Part shown: piece after piece, positions 18,019 through 27,050 of the stretch
Position numbering within the stretch: the stretch's first letter is position 1
Layout: each line of letters starts with the position of its first letter
Assembly (NCBI GenBank): GCA_963837465.1
Contig: CAWINB010000004.1
Coordinates: 458,853 to 522,852, forward strand
Reading direction: 5' to 3'
Length of the DNA: 64,000 nucleotides
Source: Candidatus Doudnabacteria bacterium
GTDB lineage: Bacteria > Patescibacteriota > Doudnabacteria > UBA920
Program-made: the position numbers and the translations under genes
The notes under the pieces: model-generated
The model's database searches: none
The model's input: only the letters and a program-made list of their open reading frames with translations
Told to the model about the DNA's origin: nothing

Positions 18019-18843
18019 ATGGACAATACAAATGAATCTCAAATTCCGCAACAAGCTCCAATGCCGCCAGCTATTAAAAAGTGGCATCAGCATAAAGGCA
18101 TTATTTCAATCATCGTATTAGCCGTCATTGCGGCTGTTCTAGTTTGGGTTTATTTTATCCTAAACCAGCCGCAGGTTTTAGGGCCTGTAGCGGTTCATCA
18201 TAAATCAAAATCTATAATTCAAACTCAACAGCTAGCAATCTCAACACCAGCCAACACGAGCGGCTGGCAGACATCTACTGCCACTCAGCAGACTGCTTTA
18301 AATACCTTGCAAGATGACGGAATAAATTTTCCTATCCCGGCCATATATTCAAAAGATGAATGGTACTCTGCGTCCGCCACTTCATCCGAATCTGATATTG
18401 GATCTAATGAGTTTGATATAAATGGCAATGCATTATCTCTGACCGGTCAGTTCTACCAAGCAACAAATACAGACCCTGGCATATTGGCATGGGAACAATC
18501 AAATACCAATGGTACCAATACAGATGGCGGTTTTTACGGCGGTGACCAAAACTTTTTGACTTATTATGAGCAAACTTTGACCAATACAGGATATAAAACA
18601 GAGGTTGATTTGGACCAAAACTTAAATGTGATACAGAATTGGCAAGCTGGCACAAACCAAGCAAACCCAGCCTATACCCTGTTGCCCTCATCTGGCGATG
18701 GACCGCTTGGGACTATAACTGGATATATAAAATACTACCAGGGCAGAGCAAGAGTCATTGACATTTCAAGTAGTACTACCGAAAACGAGGTCTTTATCAG
18801 TAATGTGTTTAATGTTCAAAGTCTTATTTCCTTTAACCAGTAA
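18019..18843 (+). CDS. Single-TM anchored extracellular hypothetical protein
   Basis: N-terminal TM, T/N/S-rich ectodomain. Confidence 0.75.
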   Translation: MDNTNESQIPQQAPMPPAIKKWHQHKGIISIIVLAVIAAVLVWVYFILNQPQVLGPVAVHHKSKSIIQTQQLAISTPANTSGWQTSTATQQTALNTLQDDGINFPIPAIYSKDEWYSASATSSESDIGSNEFDINGNALSLTGQFYQATNTDPGILAWEQSNTNGTNTDGGFYGGDQNFLTYYEQTLTNTGYKTEVDLDQNLNVIQNWQAGTNQANPAYTLLPSSGDGPLGTITGYIKYYQGRARVIDISSSTTENEVFISNVFNVQSLISFNQ

Positions 18844-19038
18844 TTGTTTCAAGCAAGAGTAGTAGCGATAATCTGTCCAAACATAATTCCATAGGCCACA
18901 AGCTTACTTGGTTAAGTAGCAGCTTTCGCTGATAAACTCGGTATTCTAAACCTCTTTCCACTCATCCAAAAGAGGTTGTCCGTTGTCCGTTGACGGTTGA
19001 ATAAATATAGTATAAGATTGTAGTATAAATTAATATTA

Positions 19039-19145
19039 ACTTATCCAGAGAGCAGTTAGGGATCTAGCCCGTTGACCTGCCGGCAACCAATCGGTTTTCA
19101 CCGATAAGGTGCTAATTCTAGCCCGTAAAGGGAAAGATGAAAATT
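19039..19145 (+). ncRNA. SAM-I (S-box) riboswitch
   Basis: CTTATCCAGAGAG..GGGATCTAGCCC..GACC..CGGCAACC...AAGGTGCTAATTC...GAAAGATGA upstream of metK; hairpin plus T run at ~19155-19174. Confidence 0.92.
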
Positions 19146-19174
19146 TATCTGACCCTTACAAAAGGGATTTTTTT

Positions 19175-20356
19175 ATGCCAAAAAATAATAATCAGGTTAA
19201 GCTGTTTACATCGGAGTCCGTAACCGAAGGGCATCCGGACAAAGTTTGCGACCAAATTTCGGACGCCATTTATGACGAGATGCTGCGGCAGGACAAAAAG
19301 GCGCACGCCGGCATAGAATGTTTTGCCACCACCGGTTTGGTCGTGGTGGGCGGCGAGGCGCGGACTAAAGCTTACGTTGACATTCAGTCCGTAGTGCGGA
19401 GGACGCTTAAAAAAATCGGTTACGATAAACCGGAGTACGGTTTTTGTTTTTCCGACGTGGGAGTAATTTCCACTTTGCATGAACAGTCGCCGGACATTGC
19501 CCAGGGCGTGGACGAAGGCAGGGGAGAATTTAAGGAACAGGGCGCGGGAGACCAGGGTTTGATGTTCGGTTTTGCCTGCGACGAAACCAAGGAGTTAATG
19601 CCGCTGCCGATTTCTCTGGCTCATCGCTTAACGCGTAAACTTGCCGAAGTCCGCAAGAACGGAAAACTTGCCTATTTGCGTCCGGACGGCAAGTCCCAGG
19701 TCAGCATTGAATATGTAAACGGCAGGCCCAAATCGGTAACTACCGTAGTAATTGCCGCGCATCATTCCGAAGACGTGAGTACGGAAAAATTGCGCGCGGA
19801 TATTACCCGGCAGGTTATAAAGCCCGTGCTGGGAAAATGGTTTAACAAAAACATCAAAATTTTTATTAATTCCACCGGCAGGTTTGTGCTTGGCGGGCCG
19901 CCGGCGGACGCGGGGCTCACGGGGCGCAAGATCATAGTAGATACTTACGGCGGTTACGCGCCGCACGGCGGCGGTTGCTTTAGCGGCAAATGCGTTACCA
20001 AGGTTGACCGAAGCGCGGCTTACGCCGCCCGCTATATTGCCAAAAATATTGTCGCGGCCGGCTTGGCCAAAAAGTGCCTGGTCCAGTTAGCTTACGCCAT
20101 TGGCGTGGCCAAACCGGTTTCCGCCATGGTGGATACTTACGGCACGGGAAAAATCTCGGACAATCGCCTGGAACAAATTGTTGAGCAAATTTTTCCTTTA
20201 AAACCGGCTGATATAGTCAAGCAATTAAATCTGGAACGCCCCATTTATGAACAAACCGCGGCCTACGGCCACTTTGGCCGCACCGACGTTAAGTTTCCAT
20301 GGGAGAAGACGGATAAGGTCAGACAGCTGAGAGGTTTGGTAAAAAGTAAAAAGTAG
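19175..20356 (+). CDS. metK: S-adenosylmethionine synthetase
   Basis: [38 protein letters not shown]; start reassigned to ATG 19175. Confidence 0.97.
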   Translation: MPKNNNQVKLFTSESVTEGHPDKVCDQISDAIYDEMLRQDKKAHAGIECFATTGLVVVGGEARTKAYVDIQSVVRRTLKKIGYDKPEYGFCFSDVGVISTLHEQSPDIAQGVDEGRGEFKEQGAGDQGLMFGFACDETKELMPLPISLAHRLTRKLAEVRKNGKLAYLRPDGKSQVSIEYVNGRPKSVTTVVIAAHHSEDVSTEKLRADITRQVIKPVLGKWFNKNIKIFINSTGRFVLGGPPADAGLTGRKIIVDTYGGYAPHGGGCFSGKCVTKVDRSAAYAARYIAKNIVAAGLAKKCLVQLAYAIGVAKPVSAMVDTYGTGKISDNRLEQIVEQIFPLKPADIVKQLNLERPIYEQTAAYGHFGRTDVKFPWEKTDKVRQLRGLVKSKK

Positions 20357-20361
20357 AAAGG

Positions 20362-20398
20362 ACAAGGGCGCCCCTTTGCAACAAAGGGGCGCCCTTGT
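20362..20398. repeat. Palindrome ACAAGGGCGCCCCTTTG-caa-CAAAGGGGCGCCCTTGT
   Basis: Perfect stem; related copy at 44306-44340. Confidence 0.8.
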
Positions 20399-20429
20399 TT
20401 GCGGGCTCAAATCGGTTATAATTAATTAT

Positions 20430-22361
20430 ATGAACAATAATTTGCCGGAATTAGCAAAACTTATCCGTTATTATTCCCTTGTATCCACCACCGCGGCCGG
20501 GAGCGGGCATCCTACATCATCTTTGAGCGCGGCGGATGTAATGACGGTGCTGATGTTTGGCCGAAGGTCGCCCGAAGCTTTGGCGAAGGGGGAAGGGTTT
20601 TTCCGCGCTGATCTAGAAAATCCGGAATATATTAACAACGACCGGTTGATATTTAGCAAAGGCCACGCTTCTCCTTTGTTTTATTCTTTGTACGCGGCGG
20701 CCGGAAAAGTCAGTGAGCAGGAAATGCTGTCGCTCCGCAAAATGGGTTCCCATTTGGAGGGTCACCCTACAATGCTGTTTCCTTATACGGAAGTGCCTAC
20801 GGGTTCGCTTGGCCAGGGTTTATCCGTGGGTGTCGGTATGGCGCTAAATGCCAAATTAGACAAATTATCTTACAAAACTTATGTCTTATTGGGCGACAGC
20901 GAGATGGCCGAGGGCAGCGTTTGGGAGGCTATGGCCGCGGCATCCTTTAATAAACTGGACAACTTGGTGGCGATTTTGGATTGCAACCGCCTGGGCCAGC
21001 GCGGCGAGACTATGTACGGGCATCACGCCGAAATTTATGAACAGAGGGCCAAAAGTTTTGGCTGGGAAACTGTTGTGGTGGATGGGCATGACATCGGCGA
21101 AATCGGTAAAGCTTTCGGGCAAATCACGGGGTCGGTAAATCAGAAACCGAAAATGATTATCGCGAAAACCCTTAAGGGCAAAGGCGTGTCGTTTATGGAA
21201 GACAAAGACGGCTGGCACGGCAAGGCTTTGTCGGCCGATGAATTAAAAAAGGCTTTGGAAGAGCTGGGGGAAGCTGATAAGAGTCTGGTGGGGAAAATCG
21301 CGATGCCGGAGCAAGTTAAAACTGAAAAGTTGAAAGTTGAAAGCTGGGATCAAAAAATCAAATTTACGGATTATCCCAAAGACCAAAAAGTTGCCACGCG
21401 CGAGGCTTACGGCAACGCGCTGGTTAATTTGGTGGAAGCAAATGATCGCGTAATTGTTTTGGACGCCGAGACCAGCAATTCCACGTATTCGGAATTTGTA
21501 AAGAAAAATCATCCGGAAAAGTTTTTTGAAATGTACATTGCCGAACAAAATATGGTGGGCGTGGCTTTGGGATTTTCCCGCCGCGGAAAAATTCCTTTTG
21601 TGTCCACTTTCGCGGCTTTTTTTAGCCGGGCGTTTGACCAAATCAGGATGTCGCAGTACGCGCGCGCCAACATTAAGTTCGTGGGCTCCCACGCTGGCGT
21701 CAGTATTGGCGAAGACGGTTCATCACAAATGGCTTTGGAAGACATTGCTATGTTCAGGACCAATTTAAACGGCGCGGTTTTGTATCCTTCTGATGCCGTG
21801 TCGGCCGAAAAGTTAGTGGCTGAAGCGGCTAAACACCGGGGCAACGTTTACATCCGTACCACGCGCAAGGACACGGCAATTTTATATAGCAATAAGCAGA
21901 CAGCAGACAGCAGACAGCAAGATGGCCTTGTTCAACACAATTTTAAAATAGGAGGGTCATGCGTTTTAAAATCATCCTCTAACGATCAAATAACCGTAAT
22001 AGGCGCGGGTATAACTTTACACGAAGCTTTGGCCGCTTATGAGGATTTGAAAAAAGAAAATATAAATATCCGCGTGATAGATCTTTACTCTATAAAACCG
22101 CTGGATGTTGAAACCCTAAAAAAAGCCGCGGCCGAAACCAAAGCAATAATCACTGTGGAAGATCATTTTCCCGAAGGCGGAATTGGTGAAGCGGTCGCGG
22201 CGGCAATAAGCACACAGCAAACAGCAAACAGTTGCTTCGTCTGTGCTCTGTGTGTTCGCAAAGAACCCCACAGCGGAAAGCCGGACGAGCTACTCTCGTA
22301 TGAAGAAATTGATAAAAATGCTATTATGAAAGCAATTAAAGAGCAATTAGCAAAAAGCTAA
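20430..22361 (+). CDS. tkt: Transketolase
   Basis: GSGHPTSSLS, SKGHA, TGSLGQG, GDSE.AEG..WEA, IAEQNM, GEDG.SQ. Confidence 0.95.
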   Translation: MNNNLPELAKLIRYYSLVSTTAAGSGHPTSSLSAADVMTVLMFGRRSPEALAKGEGFFRADLENPEYINNDRLIFSKGHASPLFYSLYAAAGKVSEQEMLSLRKMGSHLEGHPTMLFPYTEVPTGSLGQGLSVGVGMALNAKLDKLSYKTYVLLGDSEMAEGSVWEAMAAASFNKLDNLVAILDCNRLGQRGETMYGHHAEIYEQRAKSFGWETVVVDGHDIGEIGKAFGQITGSVNQKPKMIIAKTLKGKGVSFMEDKDGWHGKALSADELKKALEELGEADKSLVGKIAMPEQVKTEKLKVESWDQKIKFTDYPKDQKVATREAYGNALVNLVEANDRVIVLDAETSNSTYSEFVKKNHPEKFFEMYIAEQNMVGVALGFSRRGKIPFVSTFAAFFSRAFDQIRMSQYARANIKFVGSHAGVSIGEDGSSQMALEDIAMFRTNLNGAVLYPSDAVSAEKLVAEAAKHRGNVYIRTTRKDTAILYSNKQTADSRQQDGLVQHNFKIGGSCVLKSSSNDQITVIGAGITLHEALAAYEDLKKENINIRVIDLYSIKPLDVETLKKAAAETKAIITVEDHFPEGGIGEAVAAAISTQQTANSCFVCALCVRKEPHSGKPDELLSYEEIDKNAIMKAIKEQLAKS

Positions 22362-22372
22362 CAGCAGACAGT

Positions 22373-22515
22373 ATGTATATCCAGAATTTTAAAGATATCA
22401 GTTATTTTTATCGAAAGATTTAAGATATATATCTGAAAAAGACTATGAAGATGGGGAATTTTTAGCGGAAGAGGTTGCAAAATTATTATACGCATGGAAA
22501 ATAAATCAAAAGTAA
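22373..22515 (+). pseudogene. Internally deleted four-helix-bundle protein gene (not in ORF track)
   Basis: MYIQNFKD joined out of frame to RYQLFLSKDLRYISEKDYEDGEFLAEEVAKLLYAWK, matching both ends of the 25566-25928 protein. Confidence 0.8.
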
Positions 22516-22523
22516 TTTGAGAG

Positions 22524-22597
22524 GCTGTCAGCAGTCAGCAGTCAGCAGTCAGCAGTCAGCTGTCAGCTGACTGCTAATTGCTAATTGCTAATTGCTA
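22524..22597. repeat. Heptamer tandem repeats (GTCAGCA)n then (TGCTAAT)n
   Basis: Read directly; complementary-type repeats at 22342-22370. Confidence 0.88.
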
Positions 22598-22602
22598 CCA
22601 CT

Positions 22603-23593
22603 ATGGACAGAAATCTTGCTTTAGAATTTGTAAGGGTTACCGAAGCCGCGGCCATTGCGGCATTGTAAGTGGGTGGGTAAAGGCGATGGTAAAAAAGCTG
22701 ATGCCGCGGCCGTGGACGAAATGCGTGACCGATTTAATCAAATAGATTTTGCCGGGACTGTTGTTATTGGCGAGGGAAGTAAGGATGAATCCGCGGAATT
22801 GTATCAGGGTGAGAGATTAGGAAAAGGCTGGGGAAGTGTAGTCAGCCCATTTATGGGCTCAAAAAGAACAGCCGATAAATCGGCTAACTACATTGATTTA
22901 GCTATTGACCCATTAGAGTGTACCGACAGCGTGGCTTTTGGACGATATAATGCTTTAACTGTGATTGCAGCAGGCAGTCACGGTTCGTTGCTTAATGCCC
23001 CGGATACATACATGGAAAAAATCGCGGCCGGGCCAAAGGCGGCTAAGGTTATAAAATTAGACGCGCCGACATCGGTAAACATAAAAAATACAGCCAAAGC
23101 CCTGGGTAAAAAAGTGGGGGATATTACGGTTTGTATTTTGGACAGGCCGCGTCATCAGAAATTAATCGAAGAAGTGCGCAAGGCCGGCGCCCGGGTGCGC
23201 TTAATTACCGACGGCGACGTGGCCGGCGGCATTGCCCCATGTATGCCAGAGTCGGGGATTGATCTTTTGATGGGCATCGGAGCGTCAGCAGAAGCAGTTC
23301 TGGCTGGCGTAGCGATTAAAATCCTCGGCGGCCAAATGCTTTGCCGCTTTAAACCAAAAGACGACCACCATTCATCACTCATTAAAAAAGCCGGGCTTAA
23401 CACTACTAAAGTTTATTCGGTCAACGATTTGGCCAAAGGTAATCAATTAACTTTTACCGCCACCGGCGTCATAGACGGCCCGCTTTTGCAAGGCGTTCGC
23501 TTTGCCGACCCGTTTATCATAACCCACTCAATTGTCATACGCGGGCAAAGCGGGACAATTAGGTATATAACTACCCATCATAAAGGAAAATAA
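22603..23593 (+). CDS. glpX: Class II fructose-1,6-bisphosphatase, with +1 frameshift near 22663 (pseudogene or sequence error)
   Basis: MDRNLALEFVRVTEAAAIAA from 22603 continues in the next frame as KWVGKGD..ADAAAV, VVIGEG, IDPLE, LITDGDV. Confidence 0.9.
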
Positions 23594-23594
23594 T

Positions 23595-23789
23595 ATGTGG
23601 CACCATCATCATAATATTGAGAGAGAGAATGCTTTAGCGGCTCAAAAAAAGTTTGAGGAAGCTTTTCAAAATTTAAAATTAGGTATGGAGGCCGAAAGGG
23701 GAAAACCATTCGATAAAGAGGATGAGGAAGAATTGCGTAAGAAGGTTGGAGAGTATATCAGAAACAAGATGAAGCAGGAGGGCGTATAA
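23595..23789 (+). CDS. Small hypothetical protein
   Basis: 64-aa charged helical ORF tightly packed in operon. Confidence 0.55.
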   Translation: MWHHHHNIERENALAAQKKFEEAFQNLKLGMEAERGKPFDKEDEEELRKKVGEYIRNKMKQEGV

Positions 23790-23821
23790 TTAAGGCGGCT
23801 ATAATTAATTAATTTTAAAAT

Positions 23822-24727
23822 ATGAACAAAGAAACAGGCTATACAAAACCACTGTTTATTATGGCGTTTGACCACCGCGCCAGTTTTGCCAAAATGATTA
23901 TGGGCAAGGAAGATCTTTCGGCCGCGGAAGTTGAACAGGTCAGGCATTATAAGTATTTAATTTACCAGGGCTTGCTTAAGGCCATTGAGCAGGGTGTGCC
24001 CAAAGAGCAGGCCGCGGTTTTGGTGGATGAATATTCCGGCGACAAAGTTTTGCAGGACGCCCGGGCGCAAGGTTTGACTACCATCCTCACAACGGAAAAA
24101 AGCGGCAAGCCGGAATTTATGTTTGAGTACGAGGATTTTGGCGCGCATATAGAAAAGTACAAACCAACCTTTACCAAAGCCCTGGTACGTTATAATCCGG
24201 AGGGAGATATGGCCACCAACGGGCGCAGCAGGGAACAGTTAAAAATTTTGGGAGATTATTCCCACAGCCACGGCTATAAATTTTTAATTGAACCGCTTAT
24301 TCCGGCCATCGACGCCCAACTTGCCCAGGTTTCCGGCGACAAACATCGCTACGATCTGGAATTGCGCCCGGACTTGACCGTGCGAATGATTAAGGAAATG
24401 CAACAAGCCGGCGTTAATCCGGACATTTGGAAAATAGAGGGCTTGGATGAATCTGTATCTTACGAACAAGTGGTGGCGCAAGCAAGAAGCGGCGGCAGGG
24501 ATAATGTCAGTTGTGTAATTTTAGGTCGCGGCGAAAGTAATCAAGGCGTGGAAAAATGGATTAACGCCGGAAAAAATGTTTCCGGAATGGTGGGTTTTGC
24601 CATCGGCCGCACGATTTTTGCCGAAAGTTTAGCCGCCCTGCATCAACAAAAAATTTCCGAGGCCGAAGCTGTAGAGCAAATTAGTAAAAATTATTTTCAT
24701 TTTTACCAAGTGTTTACGAGTAAATAA
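23822..24727 (+). CDS. DUF2090 / class I aldolase-like protein
   Basis: MAFDHRASF, KALVRYNPEGD, PDIWKIEG, ILGRG, GFAIGRTIF. Confidence 0.8.
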   Translation: MNKETGYTKPLFIMAFDHRASFAKMIMGKEDLSAAEVEQVRHYKYLIYQGLLKAIEQGVPKEQAAVLVDEYSGDKVLQDARAQGLTTILTTEKSGKPEFMFEYEDFGAHIEKYKPTFTKALVRYNPEGDMATNGRSREQLKILGDYSHSHGYKFLIEPLIPAIDAQLAQVSGDKHRYDLELRPDLTVRMIKEMQQAGVNPDIWKIEGLDESVSYEQVVAQARSGGRDNVSCVILGRGESNQGVEKWINAGKNVSGMVGFAIGRTIFAESLAALHQQKISEAEAVEQISKNYFHFYQVFTSK

Positions 24728-24817
24728 AAAATCGTTCCGGTGGTCGGATTGGTTCAGTGGCGATTATTGGTTTGATTTGATAATTCACTTGATAACTTTT
24801 AACTTTATAACTTACCT

Positions 24818-25525
24818 ATGGCCTACGTCCAAAAACCCCAATTTAAACCCATTGAACATCTGGAAAAAGTCCGTAAAGGGCATATTAAGGAAATTCCGCG
24901 GTGGATGATAGATAAGATTACCGCGGAGTTTATTAAAGGGTTTGAGTTTTTAAGGCATTATAAAAAAGCCGTGAGCGTAATGGGCAGCGCCCGGCCGAAT
25001 TTGCAAAACGGTGTTTACGAAGAGGCTACCAAGCTTGGCGGCAAGCTGTCCAAAGCCGGGCTTGCGGTTATGACCGGGGGCGGCCCGGGCATTATGGAAG
25101 CGGCCAACAAGGGCGCTTTTGAGGCCGGAGGGATGTCAGTGGGCATTAATATCCGCCTGCCTTTTGAACAGCGCACCAACCAGTACGTAAAACAGTACGA
25201 ATCGTTTTCTTTTTTCTTTACCCGCAAAGTCATGCTGGAGTACGCCTCCCAGATTTACGTTTTTTTCCCGGGCGGTTTTGGGACTTTGGACGAGTTTTTT
25301 GAAATGGTGACTTTGACCCAGACAAAAAAAATAAAAGCCGTGCCTATTATTTTGGTCAACAAACAATTCTGGCAGCCGTTGCTTGACTGGCTGGAAGAAA
25401 CCGTTTACAAAAAAAATAAAGCCATCAATAAAGAAGATATGGATTTGTACCATTTGGTGGATAATGCCGAGGAAGCGTATGAGCTGATAAAGGAGTTGTC
25501 TAAAGACAAACATTTGTTTAACTAA
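24818..25525 (+). CDS. LOG family (TIGR00730-like) protein
   Basis: [32 protein letters not shown]. Confidence 0.92.
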   Translation: MAYVQKPQFKPIEHLEKVRKGHIKEIPRWMIDKITAEFIKGFEFLRHYKKAVSVMGSARPNLQNGVYEEATKLGGKLSKAGLAVMTGGGPGIMEAANKGAFEAGGMSVGINIRLPFEQRTNQYVKQYESFSFFFTRKVMLEYASQIYVFFPGGFGTLDEFFEMVTLTQTKKIKAVPIILVNKQFWQPLLDWLEETVYKKNKAINKEDMDLYHLVDNAEEAYELIKELSKDKHLFN

Positions 25526-25526
25526 T

Positions 25527-25565
25527 GGTAAATATAAGGATAGTAAGGATAGTAAGGATACAAGT
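25527..25565. repeat. 9-mer tandem repeat (AGTAAGGAT)n, left arm
   Basis: ATAAGGATAGTAAGGATAGTAAGGATACAAGT before ATG. Confidence 0.85.
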
Positions 25566-25928
25566 ATGTCCATAAAAGATTTTAAGGAAAAATATGCTTG
25601 GCAAAAAGCTCATGAGTTGACGCTTTTGGTTTATAAATTAACCAGGAATTATCCAAAAGATGAATTATATGGACTTGTCAGTCAAAGTCGGAGAGCTGCG
25701 GTTTCCATTCCATCTAATTTGGCTGAAGGCTTTAAGCGCCGTGGTATGCAGGAAGATGCCCGTTTTTGCAATATTGCCCAAGCTTCGTTGGAAGAGTTGA
25801 AATATCAGTTGCTTTTAGCCAAAGATTTGGAATATGTTACGCATGCGGAATTCGATAACGCGGAAAAATTATGTCAGGAAACCGCAAAACTGATTCATTT
25901 ATGGATTAAAAGCAAGGATAAGAAATAA
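25566..25928 (+). CDS. Four-helix-bundle protein (23S rRNA IVS / Avd-like family)
   Basis: F.....WQKAHEL, YPKDELYGLVSQ.RRAAVSIPSNLAEG, IAQASLEEL.YQLLLAKDL.Y. Confidence 0.92.
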   Translation: MSIKDFKEKYAWQKAHELTLLVYKLTRNYPKDELYGLVSQSRRAAVSIPSNLAEGFKRRGMQEDARFCNIAQASLEELKYQLLLAKDLEYVTHAEFDNAEKLCQETAKLIHLWIKSKDKK

Positions 25929-25940
25929 AGATACTCATAA

Positions 25941-25977
25941 GATACTTATATCCTTATCATACTTAAATCCTATCCCT
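25941..25977. repeat. Degenerate inverted 9-mer arm (ATCCTTAT-like)
   Basis: GATACTTATATCCTTATCATACTTAAATCCTATCCCT, complementary to left arm. Confidence 0.7.
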
Positions 25978-26826
25978 ATGAAGCTTCTCGATATGAAAAC
26001 TAAGATCTTTTTAGACAGCGGCGACCCATCCGAGACTCAGGATGCTTTGTCGTTGCTCGGTTTTTTGGACGGCCAGACTACCAATCCATCCCTTATAGCC
26101 AAAAATCCGGAGACGGCAGGCAGGAAATTTTCCAAAAATGAACTCCTGGATTTTTATAAAGGAGTCGTTAAGGAAGTTTCGTCCTTAATTCCCCAAGGGT
26201 CAGTGTCCATAGAAGTTTACGCCAATGCCAAAACATCGGCTGAGGAAATGCTGGAACAAGGCAGGCAATTTTATACCTGGATTCCCAATGCTCATATTAA
26301 ATACCCCACAACGGCTGAGGGCTTAAAAGCGGCTGAAATAAGCGTAAAAAGCGGTACGCGGGTTAATATGACCCTGGTTTTTAGCCAACAGCAGGCCGCG
26401 GCGGTTTACAGGGCAACCCTCGGAGCCAGCCGCGGGCAGGTTTACCTTTCGCCGTTCATAGGCAGGCTGGACGACAAAAGAGAAAACGGGATGGATTTAA
26501 TAGAGAATATTATTAAGATGTACGGCTACGGCGACGGGCACGTTGAAGTATTAACGGCAAGCGTAAGGTCCGTTTACCATTTTACCCGAGCCACTGAGCT
26601 TGGATCGGATATTATTACATCGCCGCTGAAAATAATTAAGGGATGGGCGGAGGCGGGGATGCCGGTTGTGAGTGACGGGTTACAGGTGACGAGTAACGAG
26701 TTGAAACAGATTCCATATCAAGAGTTATCTTTAAACAAACCCTGGCAGGAATATAATATTCGGCACGAGCTTACGGACAAAGGTTTGGAAAAATTTGCCG
26801 CCGATTGGAATAATTTAATTGAATAA
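25978..26826 (+). CDS. tal: Transaldolase / fructose-6-phosphate aldolase family
   Basis: IFLDSGD, GQTTNPSLI, IKYP, NMTLVFS..QA, SPFIGRLDD, ASVR. Confidence 0.9.
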   Translation: MKLLDMKTKIFLDSGDPSETQDALSLLGFLDGQTTNPSLIAKNPETAGRKFSKNELLDFYKGVVKEVSSLIPQGSVSIEVYANAKTSAEEMLEQGRQFYTWIPNAHIKYPTTAEGLKAAEISVKSGTRVNMTLVFSQQQAAAVYRATLGASRGQVYLSPFIGRLDDKRENGMDLIENIIKMYGYGDGHVEVLTASVRSVYHFTRATELGSDIITSPLKIIKGWAEAGMPVVSDGLQVTSNELKQIPYQELSLNKPWQEYNIRHELTDKGLEKFAADWNNLIE

Positions 26827-26862
26827 AATTGACAAAAATAAATAAAATTGAGCATAATTTTA

Positions 26863-26894
26863 AAACCCCGCCGATTGGCGGGGTTTAATTTTTT
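26863..26894 (+). terminator. Intrinsic terminator
   Basis: AAACCCCGCC-gatt-GGCGGGGTTT then T run. Confidence 0.8.
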
Positions 26895-27050
26895 GCCGCT
26901 CGTACCGCGAAGCTTTAGCGAAGCAGTGGTCGGCCAATTCGACACAGGTGGAAAACCTACTTGGCTTTGGTTAAAGAGATTTTTGAATGCTTTAGGAGTG
27001 GTGGCATGCCCGTACCTATGTTTGTGTAAATACAAACGTCATTTTTATAT

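Noticed and set aside
19109-19174. N-terminal extension of MetK
   Set aside because: GTG lies inside the SAM-I aptamer; ATG 19175 fits the family start.
25566-25928. Diversity-generating retroelement (Avd-like gene)
   Set aside because: No reverse transcriptase and no TR/VR pair with adenine-specific mismatches seen in this window.
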